Source: a virus
Lineage: Duplodnaviria; Caudoviricetes
Strand: one strand, 5' to 3'
Length of the DNA: 64,000 nt
IMG/VR virus record: IMGVR_UViG_3300030330_005471
This document shows, one piece after another, positions 28,413 to 38,185 of the stretch. The notes below the pieces were generated by a model, which saw nothing but the letters and a program-made list of their open reading frames with translations, was not told the DNA's origin and searched no databases. The translations under genes and the position numbers were made by a program. Positions within the stretch are counted from its first letter, which is position 1. Each line of letters begins with the position of its first letter.

Positions 28413-29984
28413 ATGAACAAAACTTATTCAAACGGTAGTGCTTTGTCCGAAGCTCTACTAAGAGGTATCGACACTCTTGCTGATAATGTAGCAAGTACTC
28501 TCGGGCCAAAAGGACGCAATGTGATTCTATATCACAAAGAACAGAACACTCCTGTCGTAACGAAAGACGGAGTAACCATCGCCAAGTTTGTTGAACTTGA
28601 TGACCCTGTTGAGCACGTTGGTGCACAGATTGTAAAGCAAGCAGCCGAACAGTCAGCCAATACAGCAGGTGATGGAACAACGACAACCACCGTTCTCGCT
28701 AGAGCCATGATCAAAGAAGCCCAGAAGTATATTGTGAGCGGTGTTTCTCCAATTGAAATAAAGAGAGGAATGGATCAAGCTTGTGAACAGATCGTTGAAA
28801 CACTCAAAGAGTCTGCGAGGCAAATAAGATCCGAAGAAGACATCAGAGATATTGCAACTATATCAGCAAACAACGATAAGTCCATTGGGACACTTGTGTC
28901 CACAGCTGTTGATAAAGCCGGAAAAGATGGCTCTGTGCTTATTGAAGAGGCTAGGTCTATGCGAACCACCTTGGAACTCATAGAAGGCTTTAGAATGGAC
29001 ACTGGGTACCTTGCAAGCTCATTTATAACCAATGAGAGAACAGGTACTGTAGAATATGATAATCCACTTATCTTGGTTACAGATGATAAGGTGGAACATG
29101 TAGAACAAATTTATCCAACTTTGGAATTAGCAGCAAGAGAATCCCGTCCTCTTGTTTTGGTGGCCTCCGAAGTGGAGGGTCAAGCTCTTGCTGCCCTTAT
29201 TATGAATAGCGTTAGAGGTACGATGAAAGTCTGTGCCGTTAAAGCACCCAGATATGGCGAGGAACGGAGAAAGATTCTTCGTGACCTCTGCCTGTCTGTT
29301 GGAGCCACTTTTATAACTAGGGAAGACGGGCTGCAACTAAAGGACATTCAACTCGGTCACTTTGGTCAGTCAAAGTCTATCTCCGTAGGAAAACTATGGA
29401 CAACTATCGTTGGAGGTAAAGGAGACTATGATGGTATTGATAAACAAATAGGTGCTCTCAAGGTCGAAATTTCTCAAACTGATAATATAAAAGAGTGTGA
29501 GCGTATCCAAGAAAGGATTACAAGACTCGCATCAGGAGTTGCAGTTATTAGAGTCGGTGCACCCACCGAGGTCGAAATGATTGAGAAGAAACATCGCATT
29601 GAAGATGCTCTCGAAGCAGTAAGATCTGCTCAAGAAATGGGGGTGATCGCCGGTGGTGGATCTTCGCTTGTAAGGATGTCTGAGGCAGTAACAGTCGTCT
29701 CTAAAGAGAAAGGTGCTATGTTAGGCTTCCAAATAGTTTTGGACGCTTGTGAGGCTCCTCTGCGGCAAATGTGTTTAAATGCAGGGGAGTCACCGGACAT
29801 TATCGTAAACAAAGTTAAAAGTTCAAGCAGAAACAATGGATACAACTTCATGACCGGAGAGATAGAAGATTTCTTTGAAACAGGTGTTATTGACCCTGTA
29901 AAAGTTACCATTTCGGCTCTTGAAAACGCCACATCTGTCGCATCAACACTAATTACAACAAATCATGCAATAGTCAAAACATAG
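28413..29984 (+). CDS. groEL: GroEL chaperonin
   Basis: TLGPKGRNV, TKDGVTIA, AGDGTTT, VKAPRYG, GVAVIRVG, GVIDPVKV; lacks GGM tail. Confidence 0.97.
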   Translation: MNKTYSNGSALSEALLRGIDTLADNVASTLGPKGRNVILYHKEQNTPVVTKDGVTIAKFVELDDPVEHVGAQIVKQAAEQSANTAGDGTTTTTVLARAMIKEAQKYIVSGVSPIEIKRGMDQACEQIVETLKESARQIRSEEDIRDIATISANNDKSIGTLVSTAVDKAGKDGSVLIEEARSMRTTLELIEGFRMDTGYLASSFITNERTGTVEYDNPLILVTDDKVEHVEQIYPTLELAARESRPLVLVASEVEGQALAALIMNSVRGTMKVCAVKAPRYGEERRKILRDLCLSVGATFITREDGLQLKDIQLGHFGQSKSISVGKLWTTIVGGKGDYDGIDKQIGALKVEISQTDNIKECERIQERITRLASGVAVIRVGAPTEVEMIEKKHRIEDALEAVRSAQEMGVIAGGGSSLVRMSEAVTVVSKEKGAMLGFQIVLDACEAPLRQMCLNAGESPDIIVNKVKSSSRNNGYNFMTGEIEDFFETGVIDPVKVTISALENATSVASTLITTNHAIVKT

Positions 29985-30005
29985 ACTATTTAGACGGAGA
30001 TAAAT

Positions 30006-30269
30006 ATGACAGATGAACAAATGCAAAACTTATTAACTTCCATAATCGAAATGAAGAACAACATTGAGAGAATGGCAGAAAAGCAAGAAGAAATGATTGA
30101 CGATGTCAAGCAGATTAAAAAAGCAGTATACGATCCAGAGCAAGGCTTATACGCTCGACTTAAAGCTTTGGAGAATTGGAAAGAATCCACATCAAAAGTC
30201 ATTTGGGTTGTTATGACATCCACCATTGGTTTAGTGACAGCTACACTATATCAAAATTTTTTAAATTAA
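30006..30269 (+). CDS. Coiled-coil protein with C-terminal TM (holin/XhlA-like architecture)
   Basis: C-terminal hydrophobic helix; CTATTTA at 29986. Confidence 0.6.
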   Translation: MTDEQMQNLLTSIIEMKNNIERMAEKQEEMIDDVKQIKKAVYDPEQGLYARLKALENWKESTSKVIWVVMTSTIGLVTATLYQNFLN

Positions 30270-30278
30270 GGAGATAAT

Positions 30279-30572
30279 ATGAGAGTAAAAATAGCATACT
30301 CAATTGAGATAGAAGAGGTTGAGGATGAAGTCGTAGAAATAATGCAAAGAGCATTTAAACATATGGAAGAAGCGAACACACTGTCCACAGAGGCATCAAA
30401 CAGTTTGACAACAACTGATAACAATATCGAAACAATTGTCCAACAGATGGATACGGCAAGAATAAAACTAGCCAAAGCAGATATTATTCTATCAGATTGT
30501 CAGCAAATATTAACAGCTTATCATTCAACCCTTCAGAAGATAGCTGAAGGAGCTGAAGATGATGAAACTTAG
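30279..30572 (+). CDS. Hypothetical protein
   Basis: AAGGAG RBS. Confidence 0.7.
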   Translation: MRVKIAYSIEIEEVEDEVVEIMQRAFKHMEEANTLSTEASNSLTTTDNNIETIVQQMDTARIKLAKADIILSDCQQILTAYHSTLQKIAEGAEDDET

Positions 30573-30849
30573 AACAGGTGACTTGGTACATGTACCAGCA
30601 GGTGCCTACAGGATAAAGTTCATGGAAGATGAAGAAGATGGTCAAATGCACATTCCATGGAATTGCAATCTTTCAATGAAACCCTTGTTGGGAATATTCA
30701 AGGAACACATCAATGAGAGAGAGTGCGTCGTGTTGTTTCACGATGGAGAGTGGGTCGTAGACTCACAAAGCGTGTATGTAAAAAACAAAGGAGATAGAAA
30801 TGTTAGAATTAATAAACATAACAAAGACTGGGCGAACTTGGCATCTTAA
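30559..30849 (+). CDS. Small 'GDLV' SH3/KOW-like family protein
   Basis: MKLRTGDLVHV. Confidence 0.6.
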   Translation: MMKLRTGDLVHVPAGAYRIKFMEDEEDGQMHIPWNCNLSMKPLLGIFKEHINERECVVLFHDGEWVVDSQSVYVKNKGDRNVRINKHNKDWANLAS

Positions 30850-31075
30850 CAAGGTCGTTGTGAATCCTGAACATATATCAATAGTTGTCGAGGCGAATGA
30901 CATAAATAATATGCTCAAGGAAGGCAAATTAAACATGGGCTTGAATGAGCATGTCACATTCAGCAAAATAACTATGTCTTCTAAGAGTGGTTTCGATGAA
31001 TTGATCGTTGTTGGATCTCCAACTGAACTGTTGGAGAAAATGAGAAAAACTTCAAAACAATTGTTAAAGGGATAG
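30800..31075 (+). CDS. Hypothetical protein (FlbD-like 'VNPEHI' pattern)
   Basis: MLELINI...VVVNPEHISIV. Confidence 0.6.
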   Translation: MLELINITKTGRTWHLNKVVVNPEHISIVVEANDINNMLKEGKLNMGLNEHVTFSKITMSSKSGFDELIVVGSPTELLEKMRKTSKQLLKG

Positions 31076-31078
31076 TGT

Positions 31079-31336
31079 ATGTTTGTAATTTATGGTAAGA
31101 AAAAATGTGGTTTCTGTAAGAGAGCAATTGAATGGCTGAGAGTCAATGGATACGACTTTCGATACTGCTCTATGGATGAAAAGCTAGAAGAGTTAAAGGA
31201 ACTTTCAACTATTTATAATTGGAATACCGTGCCGATGATAATCCAAAACAAGGACGGTCAGGAGCTCTTTATCGGTGGATACGATGATCTTATCAAAAGA
31301 ATGCAAGTCAAGACATCTGAGGAAGATGATAAGTAA
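31079..31336 (+). CDS. Glutaredoxin
   Basis: IYGKKKCGFC, TVPMI, FIGGYDDL. Confidence 0.92.
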   Translation: MFVIYGKKKCGFCKRAIEWLRVNGYDFRYCSMDEKLEELKELSTIYNWNTVPMIIQNKDGQELFIGGYDDLIKRMQVKTSEEDDK

Positions 31337-31682
31337 AATAATAAAACTTATAGACCATGAGCTTTATTGTGAGGTTCACCTTAAAGAAGAATCTTCGTAC
31401 TTCTTTCCAGCAGAAGACTATTATGATAATGATGGGAACTATGGAGACTTATTGGTTAAAAGTCGAAGATCGAACTGGGACACAATATTAGAAATGGTTC
31501 CTTTGATTGGAGAAGCGCATACACACTATCTTATGTTGACTGAAGGAATAGAAGAGGAAGAGAAGCCACCAATAATAGAGTACTATGAACACTGGAGAAA
31601 GGGAATTTATTGGCTAAAGGCTCAAGGCTTTAAGGTAGATGAAGTCGAATGTTATAAAAGAATGTTAAAGAGGTTATCGTGA
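31326..31682 (+). CDS. Hypothetical protein
   Basis: ORF with probable start at 31326. Confidence 0.6.
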   Translation: MISKIIKLIDHELYCEVHLKEESSYFFPAEDYYDNDGNYGDLLVKSRRSNWDTILEMVPLIGEAHTHYLMLTEGIEEEEKPPIIEYYEHWRKGIYWLKAQGFKVDEVECYKRMLKRLS

Positions 31683-32296
31683 TAAACATAGTAAAAGAGA
31701 GAACACAAACAGAAAAAGTTATTTCTTTCCTTTCCACATTTAAAACAGAGAAGACAATTTATGTCCCAATGTTACAAGATGGTGTTATTGAATCTAGCCT
31801 ATCAGTAAACAACAAACTCCTTTGCAAACCAGCAGATGAAAACTTTAAAGTTCTCTGGGAGATATTAAAAGAACAACCAAAATCCTTATCTCGCTTTATT
31901 GAGATATATCAAGACCCATCAGAGACTAGTGCGTCTTTATCCAAAGTGTTGGAGATTCAACAAACAAAGCTACCTAAAGCATACACCCTACTCAGCCTGT
32001 GCAGACGTTCAGAAGAAAGTACACTGATGGGAGGTAAACTGTTGGACAAACAAAAAGTGTTTACCCAAAAATATATATCAGAGCTGCAAAAGTATAGTGT
32101 TCCTTTTGACTTGACGAAGGTTGCTCCAAAAGATTGTTTGACGTTTCAAGACTTAACCTATCTAACAATTGATGAAGTGCAATCTCTAAAAGACACAGAG
32201 AATCTGTTATTCATTACAAACAACAAAGAACACATTTACTATTTTGATGGAGCAGACTGTTCCTTAATAGACAATTATTATTTAATATGGAGATAA
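31679..32296 (+). CDS. Hypothetical protein, possibly degenerate Dam-like fold
   Basis: IYVPMLQDGVIE / ADENFKVLWEILKEQP / AYTLLSLCRRS echo Dam motifs; no DPPY. Confidence 0.5.
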   Translation: MINIVKERTQTEKVISFLSTFKTEKTIYVPMLQDGVIESSLSVNNKLLCKPADENFKVLWEILKEQPKSLSRFIEIYQDPSETSASLSKVLEIQQTKLPKAYTLLSLCRRSEESTLMGGKLLDKQKVFTQKYISELQKYSVPFDLTKVAPKDCLTFQDLTYLTIDEVQSLKDTENLLFITNNKEHIYYFDGADCSLIDNYYLIWR

Positions 32297-32297
32297 G

Positions 32298-32630
32298 ATG
32301 AAAGTAGATAAACCTTGGGGATACGAAATAAGATGGGCAATCAATGAAAAATATCTAGGAAAGATATTACACATTGATGCTGGTAAAAGACTATCCTTAC
32401 AATACCACGAACAAAAAGATGAAACAATATATGTTCTAGAAGGAACCGCTGTAATACATCTGGATGATAAAACACACATATTGTCACATGGAGAATCATT
32501 GAGGATACAGCCCGGTCAAGTCCATAGATTTTGTGCACCTGACAATTGCTATGTAAAACTGATTGAAGTATCAACACCAGAGATAGATGATGTAGTTAGG
32601 GTTCAAGACGACTTTGGAAGATCATCCTAA
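32298..32630 (+). CDS. Cupin (mannose-6-phosphate isomerase type II C-terminal-like)
   Basis: VDKPWG, RLSLQYH..KDE, PGQVHRF, EVSTPE.DDVVRVQDDFGR. Confidence 0.88.
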   Translation: MKVDKPWGYEIRWAINEKYLGKILHIDAGKRLSLQYHEQKDETIYVLEGTAVIHLDDKTHILSHGESLRIQPGQVHRFCAPDNCYVKLIEVSTPEIDDVVRVQDDFGRSS

Positions 32631-33563
32631 TATTTTAAGTCCATTGTTATAAGCCAAATCTTCCAAAATATTTTCATTATATATCTTATAACACTCCAGA
32701 GCCATACGAAGCTCAAACATCATATCACCGTTGCAGTAAGGCTTATAGATGTCTTCAATGTTATCGGTACCAATACCAACAGTTAAGCCCCATTCCAACA
32801 TTTCGTCAATTGGCGTCATTGAGTTGTGAGTGGGGCTTAATACTTCTGAGCGTGGATGGTCTATCCATGCAGACGGACAGCACACAAACTGCATTCCTGC
32901 GTCTTTACAGAGCCTATATACGTGGTTTCTGTACATCTTTGGATGACATGCTAGGGATATGGAATGAACGGCGACAACTCGCCCTTCTAGACCATATTCT
33001 ATTGTTTTCTCAGCCAACCACTCAGTCTCTCTTTCTTCAACTATGTTGAGCTGATCAACGTGAACGTGAACCTTCTTACCAGTACTTTTAGCAACTGAGA
33101 ACAGTATGTCCAAATGTCTATCAGGGTTATCATCAGACTTTGGAAGACCACCAAGAAAATCAAGATTGTCGACATTGTTCTCAAACAATTTCAAATTGTC
33201 TCTTGTAAAGCCCCCGACTGTTTGATTCCCTATATACAATTCTACGCCATGGTCTAACAACTCTTCCTTGGCTCTCATTGCTCCGAGCAGTGCCTTGGAA
33301 TAAACCGTGCTGTCGAGATCAACAAATGATATAATCTTGTTAGTGTTGAACTCTTTCTGCTTGAGACAAGATGTTAATATATTTGAGTAGTAGTTGTACT
33401 GAGACAGCTCTCTTTTTACTTGGTTTACAAGTATCCACTTCTCTTGTAAATGTCTCTTTGTTAAAGATTTGTCAGTAAATTCTATCGTTCCAGCCCGATC
33501 AATATGGGCATGGCAGTTAATAAAACCGTTTGTAAGTTTGCTTTTAAGGCTTTGAATCGACAT
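32622..33563 (-). CDS. Metal-dependent amidohydrolase (cytosine deaminase CodA-like)
   Basis: NCHAHIDRA, HVHVDQ, AVHSISL, GIGTDN; the only convincing minus-strand gene. Confidence 0.85.
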   Translation of the reverse strand: MSIQSLKSKLTNGFINCHAHIDRAGTIEFTDKSLTKRHLQEKWILVNQVKRELSQYNYYSNILTSCLKQKEFNTNKIISFVDLDSTVYSKALLGAMRAKEELLDHGVELYIGNQTVGGFTRDNLKLFENNVDNLDFLGGLPKSDDNPDRHLDILFSVAKSTGKKVHVHVDQLNIVEERETEWLAEKTIEYGLEGRVVAVHSISLACHPKMYRNHVYRLCKDAGMQFVCCPSAWIDHPRSEVLSPTHNSMTPIDEMLEWGLTVGIGTDNIEDIYKPYCNGDMMFELRMALECYKIYNENILEDLAYNNGLKILG

Positions 33564-33645
33564 CTTTAGTAAATAGAGCCCGCAACAAAAAACATTGAAC
33601 GTTGTTTGTCTCATCTGCCCTCTAGTTACTAATAGGGGTGGAGTT

Positions 33646-34365
33646 ATGTTTTGGTTTATATTTTTATTTTTCTCTTGCCAAATGTTTTACTATGGTGACG
33701 AAGAAGTTCAGGAACTTGAAGTAACCCAAGTCTCCAGTGGATACAACATTGGTATCACAAAAGCAATAAGTAGTTCGTTAAAAATTCATGCATTTAATAA
33801 CGAACTAGGACACAGCCACGGCTCAGGAAATCTTTTCTATGTTGGCAATCACTTATTTGTTTTAACAGCTTCACATGTTGTTGATAATGCTGACAACATA
33901 TTACTAGAAGAGACCAATGGAAATATGCTGGCAGCAAAAGTAATTTACGAAAGTACTCAAAAAGATATTGCTATTCTCTTGCCATACGGAGAGTTTACGG
34001 AAGCTAAACCGACCGGGTATGTTAGAAACAAAAGTCGAGACATATTGGCAAAAAAACTACACTACTATGGCTATCCTGAGAATCTAGATGGTTTCTTGGC
34101 CACTGGTTTCGTTAGCCAGTCAGATTACTCAAAGATCCTAATGCAATCGTATGCTTGGATGGGGTGCTCTGGTTCTGTGGTCTTTGATTCTGCTGGTAGG
34201 ACGGTGGGGATCGTTCACGCTATTTTAATCTTGGCGGAGCCTGTCACAGGGTTACCATCTGCTATTGAAAGTGTCGTTGTTGTTAACAGAGTTTACGACT
34301 TGGAGAGGAATTTTATTAGGGAGCGTTTAGTCGATGCAAAAGCTAAAGATAGGAACTCTGATTAA
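33646..34365 (+). CDS. Trypsin-like serine protease, putative lipoprotein
   Basis: LTASHVV, DIAIL, GCSGSVV triad motifs; MFWFIFLFFSC. Confidence 0.85.
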   Translation: MFWFIFLFFSCQMFYYGDEEVQELEVTQVSSGYNIGITKAISSSLKIHAFNNELGHSHGSGNLFYVGNHLFVLTASHVVDNADNILLEETNGNMLAAKVIYESTQKDIAILLPYGEFTEAKPTGYVRNKSRDILAKKLHYYGYPENLDGFLATGFVSQSDYSKILMQSYAWMGCSGSVVFDSAGRTVGIVHAILILAEPVTGLPSAIESVVVVNRVYDLERNFIRERLVDAKAKDRNSD

Positions 34366-34687
34366 AGATAACGATAAGTTGGGAGTCGTAACAAAAGTAA
34401 TTGAAATGGGCACCTTAGATGTTTCCGTTGACATCATCAACTGGAGAGCTAACTATGAAATACATTATGTAGATGGCATAGTATCAATCTTAGGATGCAA
34501 AACTGTTGAGAGATTGATCAAAGAAAACAAAATTGAAATTATATACGAGCCTACTACCCCCCTACCCCCCTCCTCCTCTTCTCAAGATATCTTGCGTGAG
34601 TACATGCACATGCAGGAAGAAAAAAGCAAAAACAAGAAAGGTCGGAGGAAGAAGTGTGCAATCGAAAGAACAAAAAAAGACCAATGA
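34334..34687 (+). CDS. SH3/KOW-like family protein
   Basis: LKIGTLIKD..LGVV. Confidence 0.6.
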   Translation: MQKLKIGTLIKDNDKLGVVTKVIEMGTLDVSVDIINWRANYEIHYVDGIVSILGCKTVERLIKENKIEIIYEPTTPLPPSSSSQDILREYMHMQEEKSKNKKGRRKKCAIERTKKDQ

Positions 34688-34982
34688 GCTCATAAACCCC
34701 AACTGGACAAAGAAGCAAAAGTTGTTGTACTTTCTTTGGCTAGATGATCAGATTATGACCTATTGGTCTAGATATTTAGATTTAAAACATAATGAACCAG
34801 AAGATGAAATCTGGAGTAAAGAATACATAAGAAAGCTTGATGACTGCTTAATAGTGATTGATCACTTTGAAGCATATCAAAAACAAATAACAGATGAATT
34901 CACATACGAACAGATAGATCAGTTTGTTAGAGAGAATCCAGAGATATGTAAAAACTTTAGTTTTTTTCGCTTTTTTTCTTGA
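34656..34982 (+). CDS. Hypothetical protein
   Basis: GTG start after GGAGG. Confidence 0.5.
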   Translation: MQSKEQKKTNELINPNWTKKQKLLYFLWLDDQIMTYWSRYLDLKHNEPEDEIWSKEYIRKLDDCLIVIDHFEAYQKQITDEFTYEQIDQFVRENPEICKNFSFFRFFS

Positions 34983-35073
34983 CAACTTTGGTGTTTTGTG
35001 TTATATTATCTGTATCAAAAGCTCGCAAAGGTTGTTGAGAAAAATTATTTTTTTTGAAAAAAACTTCAAAAAT

Positions 35074-35149
35074 TTAATTGACATTTCGATGCACAGGGCA
35101 TTAATTGACATTTCGATGGGGGATTTATGAAATTAATTGACATTTCGAT
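35074..35149 (+). repeat. Three copies of 17-bp TTAATTGACATTTCGAT
   Basis: 35074, 35101, 35133; further copies at 51626, 51652 and 52911. Confidence 0.92.
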
Positions 35150-35410
35150 AGGAGACTTGGTAACGCATTTGAGCCACGATCTTGGGATCGGACTCGTTAC
35201 CGAGGTGAGAATGGATGTGCCAACAGGAGCATACAAGTGTATTTGGTCTAAAGCACCGTTTATGGAGCTGTTTATCTGTGGTTCATCGCTGAAAATTCTC
35301 TCTTGAATTATAAGGAACACATGTGCGAGAGTTCCAAACGGACATTTTTTGTCCTTTACAATATTCCCACCTGTGATATATTATTAGTAACATTCAACAG
35401 GAGGTGAATA

Positions 35411-35599
35411 ATGTTTAAAGTTGGTGACTTAGTACGGTGGCATGAAAAACTGTACATTGTAACACTTATTGATCCTAGATTTATTAGAGTCATGAGTGTT
35501 CATGATGGAGAATCTACAAGTGCTTTTCCACCCAACTGGCTTACTAAAGTCGAAACGGACAATTTCTGTCCTTTACAATCTTCATCAGACTCATTATAA
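35411..35599 (+). CDS. Array minigene MFKVGDLV
   Basis: GGAGGT RBS; family motif. Confidence 0.7.
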   Translation: MFKVGDLVRWHEKLYIVTLIDPRFIRVMSVHDGESTSAFPPNWLTKVETDNFCPLQSSSDSL

Positions 35600-35711
35600 T
35601 AAATGTATAAAGCAACGATGATGAAAAAAATAAAGTTGGACATTTTTTGACCTTTACAAATTAACATAACCTGTTATATTATATCTGTCAAATTAATTTT
35701 AGGAGAAATCT

Positions 35712-35900
35712 ATGGAAATTGGTAAATTATATAAGGTAATACGCAACGGACACACCTATCCACAAGTAGGTGATGTGATAATGTATGTACAGGGTCTTTA
35801 TAGAGGAGACATGCGTAGTGTATATTTCACAGGTCTGAATCTGAGAACTATGAAACAACACCATTATAAATATGAGGATGTGGAGGTATTATGCGAATAG
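35712..35900 (+). CDS. Array minigene ending VEVLCE
   Basis: AGGAG RBS; junction motif. Confidence 0.7.
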   Translation: MEIGKLYKVIRNGHTYPQVGDVIMYVQGLYRGDMRSVYFTGLNLRTMKQHHYKYEDVEVLCE

Positions 35901-36079
35901 GATCATTAGTAAAATGCAAGTGGCTTGACAATACCCATTTTGGTATAGTTGAGAAATGTACCTATGATAAAGGTTGCCGTTATTGGCGAGTCCATTGGTT
36001 TGGTGATGAATTCCAAAATGGAGTTTTTTGGCCACAAACACTTGAAGATGAAGAAGATTTGGAGGTAATATGCGAGTAG
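35891..36079 (+). CDS. Array minigene MRIGSLV...LEVICE
   Basis: Family motifs. Confidence 0.75.
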   Translation: MRIGSLVKCKWLDNTHFGIVEKCTYDKGCRYWRVHWFGDEFQNGVFWPQTLEDEEDLEVICE

Positions 36080-36231
36080 GTTCATTGGTAAGAGCTAGGC
36101 ATTGGGACGAAAAGGCTATTGGCATTGTCGTGTCCATCAGAAACCAACAAATATGCAAAGTGTTGTTGGTACGCAATCACGACTACAGATTTGATCAACT
36201 TATAAGAGACTTGGAGATAATATGCGAGTAG
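36070..36231 (+). CDS. Array minigene MRVGSLV...LEIICE (53 aa)
   Basis: Manual translation. Confidence 0.7.
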   Translation: MRVGSLVRARHWDEKAIGIVVSIRNQQICKVLLVRNHDYRFDQLIRDLEIICE

Positions 36232-36395
36232 GAACATTAGTGAAAGGTAAAAACATAAATTGGATAGGGGTCATTGTCAAGGTTAACGAAAGAGACTTGT
36301 CATTCTATAAGTCTCACACATACTTGGTGCAGTTTTGTACTGTGAAAAGGCAACAATGGTGTAATAGCCAAGAAATGGAGGTAATATGCGAATAG
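36222..36395 (+). CDS. Array minigene MRVGTLV...MEVICE (57 aa)
   Basis: Manual translation. Confidence 0.7.
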   Translation: MRVGTLVKGKNINWIGVIVKVNERDLSFYKSHTYLVQFCTVKRQQWCNSQEMEVICE

Positions 36396-36625
36396 GAGAC
36401 TTAGTAATGATAGGCGATCAGACCCTCATTATCGTAGCAAACAAGTGGAGTGTCGCTCAGAACGAATGGTATTGGGCAATTGCTCCTGTGGACGATCCAA
36501 GTGATGGAACTTGGCTACCCGAAGATGTTGTTAGCCATGCGTGGAGAGATTATATATGGTGGACAAAAAATGTCCTCGACAATAATATAAGGAATGGTTA
36601 TATTGTAGATAACAAAGGAGAATAA
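36386..36625 (+). CDS. Array minigene MRIGDLV
   Basis: Family motif; reads through a promoter box. Confidence 0.65.
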   Translation: MRIGDLVMIGDQTLIIVANKWSVAQNEWYWAIAPVDDPSDGTWLPEDVVSHAWRDYIWWTKNVLDNNIRNGYIVDNKGE

Positions 36626-36626
36626 C

Positions 36627-36815
36627 ATGGTATACAATACAGGAGACATAGTTGTTTTCATCAATGGATGGGGAGAACATGAACTTGGCATAGTCGTAAT
36701 TCAATATGATAACTATGACACAGAGGTTATGTTCGCAGATGGAATACAATCTTTGGTGGATGGTTGGGATGTAAAAGATGGACACTTAATCCCATTGGAG
36801 GAAACATGCAAGTAG
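36627..36815 (+). CDS. Array minigene MVYNTGDIV...LEETCK
   Basis: Family motifs. Confidence 0.7.
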   Translation: MVYNTGDIVVFINGWGEHELGIVVIQYDNYDTEVMFADGIQSLVDGWDVKDGHLIPLEETCK

Positions 36816-37000
36816 GAGACTTAGTAAGATTCAAAAGACATGTGGTAGACATGGTATGCGATGGAGAAACATGGATAGGTCTAGTGGTAGAGTCCTCTAT
36901 TGAACATCAATTCGAAGGAGTGGTGGCTATGATACAATGGATGTGCTACAATACCCCTACTCCCGAATATGTTGATGACTTGGAGGTATTATGCGAATAG
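36806..37000 (+). CDS. Array minigene MQVGDLV...LEVLCE
   Basis: Family motifs. Confidence 0.75.
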   Translation: MQVGDLVRFKRHVVDMVCDGETWIGLVVESSIEHQFEGVVAMIQWMCYNTPTPEYVDDLEVLCE

Positions 37001-37164
37001 GAACATTAGTAGCGTCCTCTTATGAAATAACAGGGAGATTTCACATAGGTGTTATTATAGATGATGATGGAGATAAACATTGGTTGGTTCACTGGCTAAC
37101 AGGAATATTCACAGGCGACATAGAGTCGTATCATGAGAGCGATTTGGAGGTACTATGCGAGTAG
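36991..37164 (+). CDS. Array minigene MRIGTLV...LEVLCE (57 aa)
   Basis: Manual translation. Confidence 0.7.
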   Translation: MRIGTLVASSYEITGRFHIGVIIDDDGDKHWLVHWLTGIFTGDIESYHESDLEVLCE

Positions 37165-37313
37165 GCAATTTAGTATCAATAAGACTCACAGATGATACAA
37201 AACAAATTGGTGTCATAGTGGAGGCAAAAGCAGAGCATTGCAAAGTCCATTGGACTACAGGCAATAGAGGTTGGTATAGAATAGATTATCTTACGGAGGT
37301 AGTATGCAAGTAG
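37155..37313 (+). CDS. Array minigene MRVGNLV...TEVVCK (52 aa)
   Basis: Manual translation. Confidence 0.7.
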   Translation: MRVGNLVSIRLTDDTKQIGVIVEAKAEHCKVHWTTGNRGWYRIDYLTEVVCK

Positions 37314-37519
37314 GAGATTTAGTAAGGATAAAAAAGGCTTGGATAGATATGTACGAGGGCTACGAGGATACTGTAGGGCTAGTGGTGTATGCCGATAGTG
37401 GCTATGGGGGAGAAAGACCTGTGGGATTTCGGAGGATCAGAATTCTACATGAAAACATAAGAGGACAAATCTATTCCGTATTCGCTGAAGAGGTTTTGGA
37501 GGTAGTATGTTCAAAGTAG
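37304..37519 (+). CDS. Array minigene MQVGDLV...LEVVCSK
   Basis: Family motifs. Confidence 0.75.
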   Translation: MQVGDLVRIKKAWIDMYEGYEDTVGLVVYADSGYGGERPVGFRRIRILHENIRGQIYSVFAEEVLEVVCSK

Positions 37520-37764
37520 GTGACTTGGTGAGAATAAAGAAAGAACATGTCGATCATGAGTACCTCAAAGAAATTGCTTGGGATTCGCATTGGACGAAAG
37601 CCCCTCTTCCACCACCCGAAAAAGATTGGCTTGGGTTGGTGATGGGTTACTTAACTGGTGACGATGGGCATGTCATAAAGGACATGATATATATACAATG
37701 GCTGTGGAGTGGTCGCACCGTTTTAGAATACACCGAGCATTTGGAGGTGGTATGCGACAACTAG
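37507..37764 (+). CDS. Array minigene MFKVGDLV...LEVVCDN
   Basis: Family motifs. Confidence 0.75.
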   Translation: MFKVGDLVRIKKEHVDHEYLKEIAWDSHWTKAPLPPPEKDWLGLVMGYLTGDDGHVIKDMIYIQWLWSGRTVLEYTEHLEVVCDN

Positions 37765-37940
37765 TTTACAAGGTTGGAGATCTGATCATCCAAATAAAAA
37801 CAGGTAGGCTCGGACTAATAACCAAGGTGGACGAACTCCAACCTTGGGGTGTTGAGATTCAATGGACAGACAATGGTGTTAAACAAATTATGCACTGGAC
37901 AAATATCGTCCATGAAGGTCTTTATAGAAAACGGACATAA
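37752..37940 (+). CDS. Array minigene MRQLVYKVGDLI...KRT
   Basis: Family motif; stop inside promoter box. Confidence 0.7.
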   Translation: MRQLVYKVGDLIIQIKTGRLGLITKVDELQPWGVEIQWTDNGVKQIMHWTNIVHEGLYRKRT

Positions 37941-38002
37941 TTTGTCCTTTACATATTTTGAGAATAGGGTATATTATAAACATCAAACAAGTGGAGGTCG
38001 AT

Positions 38003-38185
38003 ATGCGAGTAGGTGATTATGTAAGGTTCAACAACAACGAGGGTGACTTGGACGAGACACTTTGGAAGGTTGTTGGTTTCGAGGAAAGAGGTGGTCGTGC
38101 CTTTGTTCTCGTAAAGCACCCCACCGTAGGTGGTAGGTATTCATTCCCTAAAGATGGGGTTGTGGAGGTAATATGCAACAAATAA
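38003..38185 (+). CDS. Array minigene MRVGDYV...VEVICNK
   Basis: Family motifs. Confidence 0.7.
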   Translation: MRVGDYVRFNNNEGDLDETLWKVVGFEERGGRAFVLVKHPTVGGRYSFPKDGVVEVICNK

